52,442 nucleotides of DNA, taken from a virus. Lineage: Duplodnaviria > Caudoviricetes. The position numbers and the translations under genes were made by a program. Below the pieces are notes generated by a model that saw only the letters and a program-made list of their open reading frames with translations, had not been told where the DNA came from and ran no database searches. The stretch covers positions 1 through 52,442 of IMG/VR virus record IMGVR_UViG_3300045911_000060; one strand, 5' to 3'. This document shows, piece by piece, positions 18,962 to 26,079 of this stretch. How positions within the stretch are numbered: position 1 is the first letter of the stretch; every line of letters starts with the position of its first letter.

Positions 18962-19387
18962 ATGGCAGGAACATCCGCCGATTTTTATGTTCAGGAACCT
19001 GACGGATCTGTGAATTGGTTGGGGAGTATGGAGTTCGACGGGTACCCATATTCTTCGGAGATTGAACCCGTAGTGGCGACGACCACGCGCACGGAGTACA
19101 TGCAAGCGGTCGTGTCCTTGTCGGAAAGGATCAGCGACTTCACGCGGCCCGAACAAGGCTATCCGTTCGGTCGCAAGTCATCGGCTGAAACGCCTTACAC
19201 CTACGTCTTTTTGAATGAAGGGTACGTCGCGGTGTACAAGCGTGGAAGGCCCGCGAAGGATTCCTTCCCGAAGCTGAAGTTCCCGGATTTGACTCCGCTT
19301 CATCAGCCGCATGTGAAGGTACAATCAAATGGTAAGGCAGCGGTAGTGGACGCAATCCGCGCCGCTTCAGTGGAAGAAGAGGAATAG
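18962..19387 (+). CDS. hypothetical protein
   Basis: GGGAG RBS; MAGTSADFYV...WLGS...DGYP. Confidence 0.7.
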   Translation: MAGTSADFYVQEPDGSVNWLGSMEFDGYPYSSEIEPVVATTTRTEYMQAVVSLSERISDFTRPEQGYPFGRKSSAETPYTYVFLNEGYVAVYKRGRPAKDSFPKLKFPDLTPLHQPHVKVQSNGKAAVVDAIRAASVEEEE

Positions 19388-19391
19388 GAAA

Positions 19392-19760
19392 ATGACAGCA
19401 CCGCCCGGCATCGATCTTCATGAAGAGATTCGGCTATTGATCGACGTGAAGTCGTATCACTACAAATCGAAGAATGGCAAGTCGTATTGTCCTGTCGTTC
19501 GGCGGACTAATCGGAAGCCGGGCGGTTTCCCTGAGTGTGGTTTTGTGGTTGGGCAAAATGGATTGATGGAACCAACCGTTTACTTGGGCAGCATTTTCGA
19601 GCACTTCGAAGCGAAGTTGGAGAAGACAGAAGACTCCGGGTTTGCGTCGGTATTCGTCATGCAAAGCAATCGGGACGTGCCGGATTTTCCTCTTCCGGTT
19701 CAACGTCTGGAATACGCCAACACAATGGCAATGGTCGAAGCGGGGTGGCAAGTCGATTGA
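19392..19760 (+). CDS. hypothetical protein
   Basis: ORF ending MVEAGWQVD. Confidence 0.65.
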   Translation: MTAPPGIDLHEEIRLLIDVKSYHYKSKNGKSYCPVVRRTNRKPGGFPECGFVVGQNGLMEPTVYLGSIFEHFEAKLEKTEDSGFASVFVMQSNRDVPDFPLPVQRLEYANTMAMVEAGWQVD

Positions 19761-20104
19761 TGTACGAAGTCAGTCTGATCGAACGCCCCGACCATAAGGT
19801 CTGGATTCCAGCCGGGCAGTTCGATCCAGAAAAACACGTCAAGCACGCGGAACGAAACATCACCGCTGATGACATGCTGGATTGGATTGATGGTGATTGG
19901 CCGTCCATCGAAACCGATGCGACCGGCACAACCGTCGCCCGGCTGGAACCGGGGCAAGGCGCGAACAACATGTTCCGGGGAAGGAATGTGCGGGAAGCCT
20001 TGGCGAAGGCCATGATGACGCCGCCGTTCGGTGGCCCGACTCCACAGCAGTTTGATGCGATGAATGACGAAGAACAGCTTGCGTCAAACTCTGTGGTGTG
20101 CTAA
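19760..20104 (+). CDS. hypothetical protein
   Basis: TGATG-coupled start. Confidence 0.55.
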   Translation: MYEVSLIERPDHKVWIPAGQFDPEKHVKHAERNITADDMLDWIDGDWPSIETDATGTTVARLEPGQGANNMFRGRNVREALAKAMMTPPFGGPTPQQFDAMNDEEQLASNSVVC

Positions 20105-20112
20105 ATTAGAGT

Positions 20113-20400
20113 TGTTCGCGTTGATCTGGTGTAGACCACGTTCGGACGCCGGTTCAATTCCGGCCACCTCCACCAAAACACGCTCCCGCAAGGGGGCACC
20201 ATACGGGGGTGTCAGGTTTCGACGGGCGGCGGAAAGCTAAAGGGAGCGGGCCGGTAGACGACTACCGAAGCCGATGAAGTTTTATGAGCGGATTCGGACC
20301 AACAGCGTAAAACAATAACTGCCAACAGCAATGTTCTGGCGATGGCTGCTTAATTGCACCCATCCGGGGAATTGAAGGTGCCCTGTTAAAGAAAGACCTT
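20113..20400 (+). ncRNA. ssrA: circularly permuted (two-piece) tmRNA; tag ANSNVLAMAA
   Basis: T-arm and acceptor 3' end ...CACCTCCACCA ends 20175, before the 5' end GGGGGTG...TTCGAC at 20205; G3:U70; ATAACT then tag frame 20321-20353; promoter TTGCGT-17-TAAATT. Outer ends approximate. Confidence 0.88.
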
Positions 20401-20408
20401 CGCAAGAT

Positions 20409-20435
20409 CGCCGGACTTTCGGGTCCGGCGTTTTT
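20409..20435 (+). terminator. intrinsic terminator of tmRNA
   Basis: CGCCGGAC-TTTCGG-GTCCGGCG-TTTTT. Confidence 0.85.
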
Positions 20436-20466
20436 GTTTCCCACCGAACTTTTCCACAGGTACCTC

Positions 20467-20495
20467 TTGACATATAGGTCCAGAACTTCTATACT
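20467..20495 (+). promoter_or_regulatory. early promoter (TTGACATATAGGTC...TATACT)
   Basis: Same 14-mer as position 14; 17-nt spacer. Confidence 0.8.
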
Positions 20496-20501
20496 TGGAT
20501 C

Positions 20502-20621
20502 ATGAGTACCAATTATTTCTTCCTGTTCCTCTTCGGTGTGGTGATGTTGCTCACCGCTCAGAAGGTCTATAACCGTCGTCGCATTGCCGCCATCATCCGC
20601 CGGGTCAAGGGCGAATGGTAA
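20502..20621 (+). CDS. small membrane peptide, 39 aa (MSTNYFFLFLFGVVMLLTAQKVYNRRR...)
   Basis: ATG 6 nt after -10; TM plus basic tail; not in the ORF track. Confidence 0.6.
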   Translation: MSTNYFFLFLFGVVMLLTAQKVYNRRRIAAIIRRVKGEW

Positions 20622-20652
20622 GGTGGTGCGGGTCGTCAGCTAAATATCCAAT

Positions 20653-20922
20653 ATGGCTGACAATTTCCGCACCCACGAAACTAACCTCGAAAGCCCGGCA
20701 CGCAATGCGTACCTCGTTTCGCCAAACGATTCGGTAGACCTTCCGATCACAACCCGTGCGCTGATGGTGAATAACCCCGGCGACGTGAAGGTTGAATTTG
20801 CCCGCGATATTGAAGGCGCGGCGGTCGTTTTGAAACTGGCCGCTTCGACGGTGTATCCGTTCTGTATTCGCCGCATTTGGGCCAACGGCACCACTGCGAC
20901 ACAGATCACCGCTTTGTACTAG
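20653..20922 (+). CDS. head spike base protein (RcGTA Rcc01079-like)
   Basis: SPARNAYLVSPNDSVDL...RALMV...RRIWANGTTATQITALY; TAAATA upstream. Confidence 0.75.
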   Translation: MADNFRTHETNLESPARNAYLVSPNDSVDLPITTRALMVNNPGDVKVEFARDIEGAAVVLKLAASTVYPFCIRRIWANGTTATQITALY

Positions 20923-21950
20923 ACCCTGATTTCGAAAGACAACGAAATCTGTTGCGGCATCGTGTTTTCATTCGGTTCTATGCCGCCCGGCGAAAAGAAC
21001 GTCCGGCTGGTTCCGAAAGAGAACAGCGTGATTCGTCGAACATACGTGATCGCCACATCCGACCCGGACGCGCCAGCAGTTGACGCGGATACAACACGGT
21101 ACTTCTGAAACGATGTGGTGATGTCAGAAGATCCAATCGTTCCGATAGTGACAAGCTGAACCGGCACCGGCGTGGCGGAAACGTCTGATGTTCCTGAAGC
21201 AAAGATGGTGTCGCTCCACCGTATCTTGGTGGTTGTCGTGAACGTCGAAGATGTTGAATCTGACGCACCGGCGCTGAAGCATATCCGATATAGGACTGCG
21301 TTTGTTTCTGACAGTGCCGATGTTTCCAGCGACGCGGCAAATCGCACTCGATACAATTGAGCAATCGTTTCCGACAAGCCATCCAATTGTCCGGTCGTGA
21401 ATTGATACTTGGTCCCGGTTGCCGTGGCTTCGCTGATCGAATTGACAGTGGGCGCGGCAAATCGCAACAACACCGCGTTAGCTGATGCCACGCTGATGCT
21501 GTTGATGGTGAACGGATTGTTCTGGAACAGGGTGTAGGTGACTGATGTGTCAGAGTTCCCCGCCGCCTGTTGGTCGCTTATGGAATGGACCAGATCATTG
21601 ACTTGAGCATCGGACAACCCGGCGGTTTCACCGGTACGATGAAACACAAGTAGGATGTTCTGAACATCCGCTTCCGACGTGCCATTTGTTTCAATGTTGG
21701 TTGAGATCCCATCAATGAGATCCAACAAGATTTCGCTAAGGCCGTTGGTAGTGACCGTGCGCCGGTAGATTTTCTGATAGACCGCGCTGGTGCTTGACGA
21801 ACCAGATGTCGTGAAGACAAGAGCGGTGACGGCACTCCCTAGAAGACGCCAAGCATCGTTTTGTTCAACGCGAAGGTCACACCAATCGCGGCAATTGTGT
21901 ACGTTTGTGCCATGCTGTCGGATATTTAGAAAGACGATTTGGCGGTACAC
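20919..21950 (-). CDS. S/T-rich repetitive putative virion protein
   Basis: Recurring S-S/E-x-x-A-x-L/Y-R-x-F units; start uncertain. Confidence 0.55.
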   Translation of the reverse strand: MYRQIVFLNIRQHGTNVHNCRDWCDLRVEQNDAWRLLGSAVTALVFTTSGSSSTSAVYQKIYRRTVTTNGLSEILLDLIDGISTNIETNGTSEADVQNILLVFHRTGETAGLSDAQVNDLVHSISDQQAAGNSDTSVTYTLFQNNPFTINSISVASANAVLLRFAAPTVNSISEATATGTKYQFTTGQLDGLSETIAQLYRVRFAASLETSALSETNAVLYRICFSAGASDSTSSTFTTTTKIRWSDTIFASGTSDVSATPVPVQLVTIGTIGSSDITTSFQKYRVVSASTAGASGSDVAITYVRRITLFSFGTSRTFFSPGGIEPNENTMPQQISLSFEIRV

Positions 21951-21967
21951 TGCCGATAAATACCTGA

Positions 21968-22873
21968 GTGCCGAAGACCTATAGCCATTTCATCCGGGAA
22001 GGACATACTAGTGATGAAGTCTTGTCGTTCAAAGACTATCCGCTGGTGTCGAAGTTCCATCTGTTCAACAAGCTGTTCTTCGACAATGTGATCCCGAACA
22101 ACACTCCAGTGGTGTGGGGCAAGACCGGCAAGCGGGTATCGGGAGTGACGACCGGCAAATTCAAACTGGCACCGGGCGAACGAAAGCCATCCGGCGCGCT
22201 GGCCGCGATGACGAAGATGAATGGTGAAGTCTACGACCTGAAGATCACCATGAGCACGGAAGTGCCGATCCGCCCGGAGTGGAAGTGGGACGGTATCCTT
22301 CTTCATGAAATGGTTCATGCGTACCTCATCACGCAAGGCTACTGGTTCGAGAATCACGGATCGCGTTTCTTGACCAAGGTTCATATGGTGTCCAAAGATT
22401 TCGGTCGTCCGGTTCCGGTGTCGGACACGATTAGCCCGGAAGAAATGGAGCACGTGACCGGCAAGCCGTGTGTGTTGGTGACTTTCATCGATCATGACCG
22501 AAAGGATATGCAGTACTCCCTGTTGATGCCGACGTGGAAAGCCAAGGCCGGGGAACTCAAAGCAACCTTGCGGAAATTGTGGATCAGATACGACATGGAG
22601 ATCACCGCATTCTTCATCCCGGCGTCGAAGCTGGCGACCCGGATGACAGTCAGCCGGACGCTTCCAGCGGCGCGCTACGGAGTCTCTGATCGGACCAAAG
22701 ACATGCTATTGACCGATAAGAAGAGTGCGGTCCAGTTGTGGACGATGAATACTTCCATTGAACGTGACGCCGATCAGAAGGCCAAGGACGACTTCTTCAA
22801 TCCCAACAAACCCGCCCCGGATATCGGTGGTAGGGACTTCGGCAAGTGGAATTCCAAAGTCATCGCCCCGTGA
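21968..22873 (+). CDS. SprT-like zinc metalloprotease
   Basis: FNKLFFDN, LLHEMVHAY, HGSRF. Confidence 0.8.
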   Translation: MPKTYSHFIREGHTSDEVLSFKDYPLVSKFHLFNKLFFDNVIPNNTPVVWGKTGKRVSGVTTGKFKLAPGERKPSGALAAMTKMNGEVYDLKITMSTEVPIRPEWKWDGILLHEMVHAYLITQGYWFENHGSRFLTKVHMVSKDFGRPVPVSDTISPEEMEHVTGKPCVLVTFIDHDRKDMQYSLLMPTWKAKAGELKATLRKLWIRYDMEITAFFIPASKLATRMTVSRTLPAARYGVSDRTKDMLLTDKKSAVQLWTMNTSIERDADQKAKDDFFNPNKPAPDIGGRDFGKWNSKVIAP

Positions 22874-22885
22874 TAGAATTGGGTC

Positions 22886-23191
22886 ATGTATCGAGACGCC
22901 GCCGAAGTTGTTGCATCGCAGAAATGGTTTCACGTTGACGCGGTAACCGGCGAACATCTGTCGTGGGAACAAGAAGATGAGTCTTCCTGTTCCAGCCGGG
23001 AAGAAGCTATCGGGATCATTCAACGCACGCTCGATTTCTGGCTAGTCAAGATGCGCGATATGTACGTCGCACAGGGATTGGACATCGAACGGGCGCGGGA
23101 AGACGCGAAGGTTACGTTCATCATCAATCTGGAAGCGATGATGTTGAATACTCCCTTCGCAAAACAGTGGGGATTAGAACTTTCCTTTTGA
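22886..23191 (+). CDS. hypothetical protein
   Basis: ATG 6 nt after TAGAAT. Confidence 0.6.
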   Translation: MYRDAAEVVASQKWFHVDAVTGEHLSWEQEDESSCSSREEAIGIIQRTLDFWLVKMRDMYVAQGLDIERAREDAKVTFIINLEAMMLNTPFAKQWGLELSF

Positions 23192-23197
23192 AAAATG

Positions 23198-23227
23198 TTG
23201 ACTTTTGTCCGGCGGCATGTATAAATA
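23198..23227 (+). promoter_or_regulatory. RNA-operon promoter (TTGACT ... TATAAATA)
   Basis: -35 box plus a perfect T4 late consensus TATAAATA at 23220-23227. Confidence 0.75.
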
Positions 23228-23245
23228 GAGATGAGGCAACGCACC

Positions 23246-23368
23246 ATGAAGGCAATCTTCACAACTCGAACGCACACAGCCACTACGATGTCTGTGCGCG
23301 CGACTGCGTTTGCCGGTGGCGTCGATATTGTGATCGATACCATCGCTGCGACGGCAGCAGCGGCTTAA
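23246..23368 (+). CDS. Ala/Thr-rich leader peptide MKAIFTTRTHTATTMSVRATAFAGGVDIVIDTIAATAAAA
   Basis: GAGG RBS; in-frame alternative start 23231; not in the ORF track. Confidence 0.6.
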   Translation: MKAIFTTRTHTATTMSVRATAFAGGVDIVIDTIAATAAAA

Positions 23369-23416
23369 GCCGCCCACAGACTTTCCCCTCCAAGTCATAT
23401 TAGGTTTTGTCCATTT

Positions 23417-23493
23417 GGGCCGTTAGCTCATTTTGGGAGAGCATCCGCCTTGCAAGCGGAAGGTAGCCGGTTCGATCCCGGCACGGTCCACCA
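23417..23493 (+). tRNA. tRNA-Ala(TGC)
   Basis: Cloverleaf, G3:U70, loop CT-TGC-AA, CCA. Confidence 0.95.
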
Positions 23494-23500
23494 AACAAAT

Positions 23501-23580
23501 GGGGCACGGGGCTGCATGGGGTGGCCGCTTCGATGGCATCGAAGATATTCAGGTGGGTTCGATTCCCACGTGTTCCACCA
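23501..23580 (+). tRNA. tRNA-Ala(GGC)
   Basis: G3:U70, loop AT-GGC-AT, G at position 8, CCA. Confidence 0.85.
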
Positions 23581-23639
23581 AACAGAGACGGGCGATTACA
23601 AGTTTCTTGTGTCGTGCGATTGCAAGTTTTCTCTGTCTT

Positions 23640-23652
23640 TGTTCTTTGAAAA
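23640..23652 (+). promoter_or_regulatory. rrn-type boxA antitermination element TGTTCTTTGAAAA
   Basis: Matches boxA consensus; preceded by a stem (ACAGAGA/TCTCTGT). Confidence 0.6.
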
Positions 23653-23692
23653 TCGAATAGTTTTTGCGGAAGGAATCTCGGTTCACTAAAAC

Positions 23693-23773
23693 GGGGCACG
23701 GGACTGCATGGGGGTGGTCGCCTCATTCGCAATGAGGATATTCAGGTGGGTTCGATTCCCACGTGTTCCACCA
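23693..23773 (+). tRNA. tRNA-Ala(CGC)
   Basis: Paralog of Ala(GGC); loop TT-CGC-AA; CCA. Confidence 0.85.
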
Positions 23774-23780
23774 AGATTCC

Positions 23781-24019
23781 ATGACACGAAGCCGAAGTAT
23801 AAGTACTTCTTGACAGGGCCGTTCAAAGCCGAAGTCGGAAGATTATCTGGTTACAACAGATGGCCGGGCTTACTAAGTTCGGTCTTCCCCGTGTTATGGG
23901 GAATGCTTCGTTACCGGGCAACCGGGCGACCGTCAGACCTGTACGGTGACATTTGACAGGCACTTTGATGCTTCTGATGAGTTGGATTCTTGCTTTGAAC
24001 GGCTCTTTCTTCGTGTCAT
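23781..24019 (+). ncRNA. unidentified multibranch structured RNA
   Basis: Closing stems 23781-91/24009-19 and 23815-29/23992-24006 plus five internal hairpins. Confidence 0.65.
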
Positions 24020-24069
24020 ACTGAATTCAGGACAAGCCGCCTCAGATTGGTTATCTGTCCCCACCTTTC

Positions 24070-24146
24070 GGAGATGTAGCTTAACATGGTTAAAGCGCCG
24101 GGCCGCAAAGCCCGGAGAAGTTGGTTCGAGTCCAATTCTTAGTCGA
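24070..24146 (+). pseudogene. degenerate tRNA (GCA, Cys-like)
   Basis: D and T arms intact, 8-nt anticodon loop, broken acceptor stem, no CCA. Confidence 0.55.
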
Positions 24147-24156
24147 TCTGTACTCT

Positions 24157-24312
24157 CTTGCTTGTCCATAATTTTCGCTGGCCGGTGCCGACTTTCTGGC
24201 TTAAGAAAGAGCACCTTCCTCCAAAGTCGGTAGTCGTGGGGCGAACGGTTAACGTCGATGTTTCCCACTGTCAGTCGGAGCGACATCGGCCAGCGTGCAT
24301 TCCTTCCGCAAG
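24157..24312 (+). ncRNA. unidentified structured RNA
   Basis: 12-bp stem 24176-87/24284-95; CCGACTTT/AAAGTCGG; GTGGG/CCCAC; outer CTTGC/GCAAG. Confidence 0.5.
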
Positions 24313-24315
24313 TTC

Positions 24316-24389
24316 GGGGCATTTCGTTAGTGGCAAACGGCACCACTGTCTATGGTGTACCACGGGTTCGATTCCCGTATGCCCCGCCA
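24316..24389 (+). tRNA. tRNA-Asp(GTC)
   Basis: Loop CT-GTC-TA, G73, CCA. Confidence 0.88.
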
Positions 24390-24390
24390 C

Positions 24391-24468
24391 GGTCTTGTAG
24401 GGGAGTTGGCCGTCCCCGTCACCCTGTCACGGTGAAGATCACGGGTTCGAATCCCGTCAGGACCGCCA
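24391..24468 (+). tRNA. tRNA-Asp(GTC)
   Basis: Loop CT-GTC-AC, G73, CCA. Confidence 0.92.
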
Positions 24469-24504
24469 AGTTTGACGTTCACGTTTGTGGATGTCAGACC
24501 CGTT

Positions 24505-24606
24505 GGGGAGATAGCCTAGCTTGGTTAAGGCACCGTTGCATGCCTTTTGCTGGCAACAGCCGTTTTGTGATGGTTATCATTGGTTCGAATCCAATTCTCC
24601 CCTCCA
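24505..24606 (+). tRNA. tRNA-like RNA with ~25-nt expansion in the anticodon region (identity undetermined)
   Basis: Perfect acceptor GGGGAGA/TCTCCCC, D and T arms, CCA; 102 nt. Confidence 0.7.
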
Positions 24607-24610
24607 ACAT

Positions 24611-24686
24611 GCCGGTGTAGTTTAAGTGGCAAAATAGTGGTTTCGTACTCCACAGTCACGACTTCAATCTGTCGTCACCGGCTCCA
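24611..24686 (+). tRNA. tRNA-Thr(CGT)
   Basis: GCCGGTG/CACCGGC, loop TT-CGT-AC, 8-nt T loop, CCA. Confidence 0.8.
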
Positions 24687-24696
24687 AACACAACAC

Positions 24697-24772
24697 GCCG
24701 AATAAGCATTGATGGCGATGCGCTGGTCTTGTAAATCAGAGAAGAGGGTTCAACTTCCCTCATTCGGCTCCA
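24697..24772 (+). tRNA. tRNA-Thr(TGT)
   Basis: Loop CT-TGT-AA, 8-nt T loop, CCA. Confidence 0.85.
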
Positions 24773-24774
24773 AC

Positions 24775-24865
24775 GGGCCTGTAGCTTAGAGTGCCGGGGA
24801 CGCCCGGACGGTCAGAGCACTTCAGGTTGAAGAAGGCGCGGGTTCGATCCCCGCCAGTCCCGCCA
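24775..24865 (+). tRNA. tRNA-like RNA with hairpin inserted in D loop and shortened anticodon arm
   Basis: Acceptor and T arm intact, CCA; CCGGG-GACG-CCCGG in D loop; CTTCA-GGT-TGAAG arm. Confidence 0.7.
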
Positions 24866-25566
24866 TGCACCTGTCTTCTAACTGGTCAGGAACCGCGATT
24901 GGTATTCGCGAAATATGGGTTCGAGTCCCATCGGGTGCTCCATTCTTTTGATGATATCGTTGACGACGAATTGCGCGACCTTTTCCTTTATTGAGCGCTC
25001 CAAATGTCGGAGTGACACTATGACAGTTCGGGCAGATGAGTTCAAGGTTCTCTTCCTTGTTGTTCAGCGGGTCGCCGTCAATATGATTGACTTGTAACGG
25101 TACCCGTTGTGTGACAGGATTGATTTGACACCATCCGCACTTCCAACACGCCAGGCCTTTCTTCTCGAACAGGTATCGGCGGATAGTTTTGACTGATCGA
25201 CATACCGCCGCCTTTGATACCATCTTCCAATCCATTCTTCCACCGTTGAATGAATTCATTGTACAGATGATTTTTGTGGCAGCGACCAGAACAGAATTCA
25301 TTCGTTCCCTTTTTGACATCTTTGCCGCACACAATGCACGTGGGTGTTTTGTCTGCCCGTCGCACGTTATTGTATCTGGCCGCGCACGATTGATTGCAGA
25401 ACTTCTTTTTTCTGGTTTCCGCAACGCGACCGCCTTCTGGTACATGAATCACTTCATCACAATGAAGGCAACGGTTGGGTGACTCATTGTATGATGTGAT
25501 TGCTTGTTGACGAAAACGATGTGCTGTGATGGCGGCACCTAGCCGCCCCGCTTGGGATCTGGTCAC
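24822..25566 (-). pseudogene. frameshifted HNH homing endonuclease with zinc fingers
   Basis: N-terminal CxxC/FCxxxC repeats in one frame; HNH (HIDGDPLNN...LICPNCH) in another; shift at 25187-25190. Confidence 0.75.
24867..24942 (+). tRNA. tRNA-Thr(GGT)
   Basis: Loop TT-GGT-AT, CCA. Confidence 0.92.
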
Positions 25567-25605
25567 GCCAAGATTTAGGCTTCGCGTTCGGGCCTAAATA
25601 CCCAC

Positions 25606-26076
25606 ATGGCATTGTGGAATCTATCGAATCCGCCATCGTGGGCACCCAACGCGATTGCGACCCCAAAGGGATGGGTGAATCCTGACACCGGTGAAGTTCT
25701 GGTGACCATCGGATCGCTGGATCGTCGTACCGGCGCGGCGGTCATTCGAAGCGCTCATATCGTCAACAACAAGGGAACCTACCAAGACGGAGATACCATC
25801 CGTCTCCGTGTTCAGTTCAGCGAACCGGTGCTTGTGGTTGGTGTGCCGACGATTTCCATTGATATTGGGGTAGACACCGTGGATCTGTCCTATGTGTCCG
25901 GGTCGGGCACAGCGGCTCTTGATTTCACGTATGAGATCAACGGAGAAACCGGCCAGATCGTGATGGCGAATCCCACAACGATCACCGGTTCGATTCACGA
26001 TGTCGCGCCGGGCGACTACGGATTGCAAGTCGATACCGACTTCGTACCACCGGCTCCCCTTCCGATGGTTGAATAA
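25606..26076 (+). CDS. Ig-like virion protein
   Basis: PPSWAPNAIATPKGWVNPDTGEVLV; VQFSEPV...YVSGSGT...FTY; TAAATA upstream. Confidence 0.7.
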   Translation: MALWNLSNPPSWAPNAIATPKGWVNPDTGEVLVTIGSLDRRTGAAVIRSAHIVNNKGTYQDGDTIRLRVQFSEPVLVVGVPTISIDIGVDTVDLSYVSGSGTAALDFTYEINGETGQIVMANPTTITGSIHDVAPGDYGLQVDTDFVPPAPLPMVE

Positions 26077-26079
26077 ACG

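Noticed and set aside
20262-20473. Minus-strand ORFs over the tmRNA
   Set aside because: Antisense to the tmRNA tag region and terminator
23501-23773. Direct repeats as a CRISPR array or att site
   Set aside because: They are two paralogous tRNA-Ala genes; no spacer periodicity or integrase
23974-24000. CTGATGAG hammerhead ribozyme core
   Set aside because: No correctly placed GAAA or stem II/III found
23400-24994. ORFs predicted across the tRNA cluster
   Set aside because: They overlap clear tRNA and structured RNA genes
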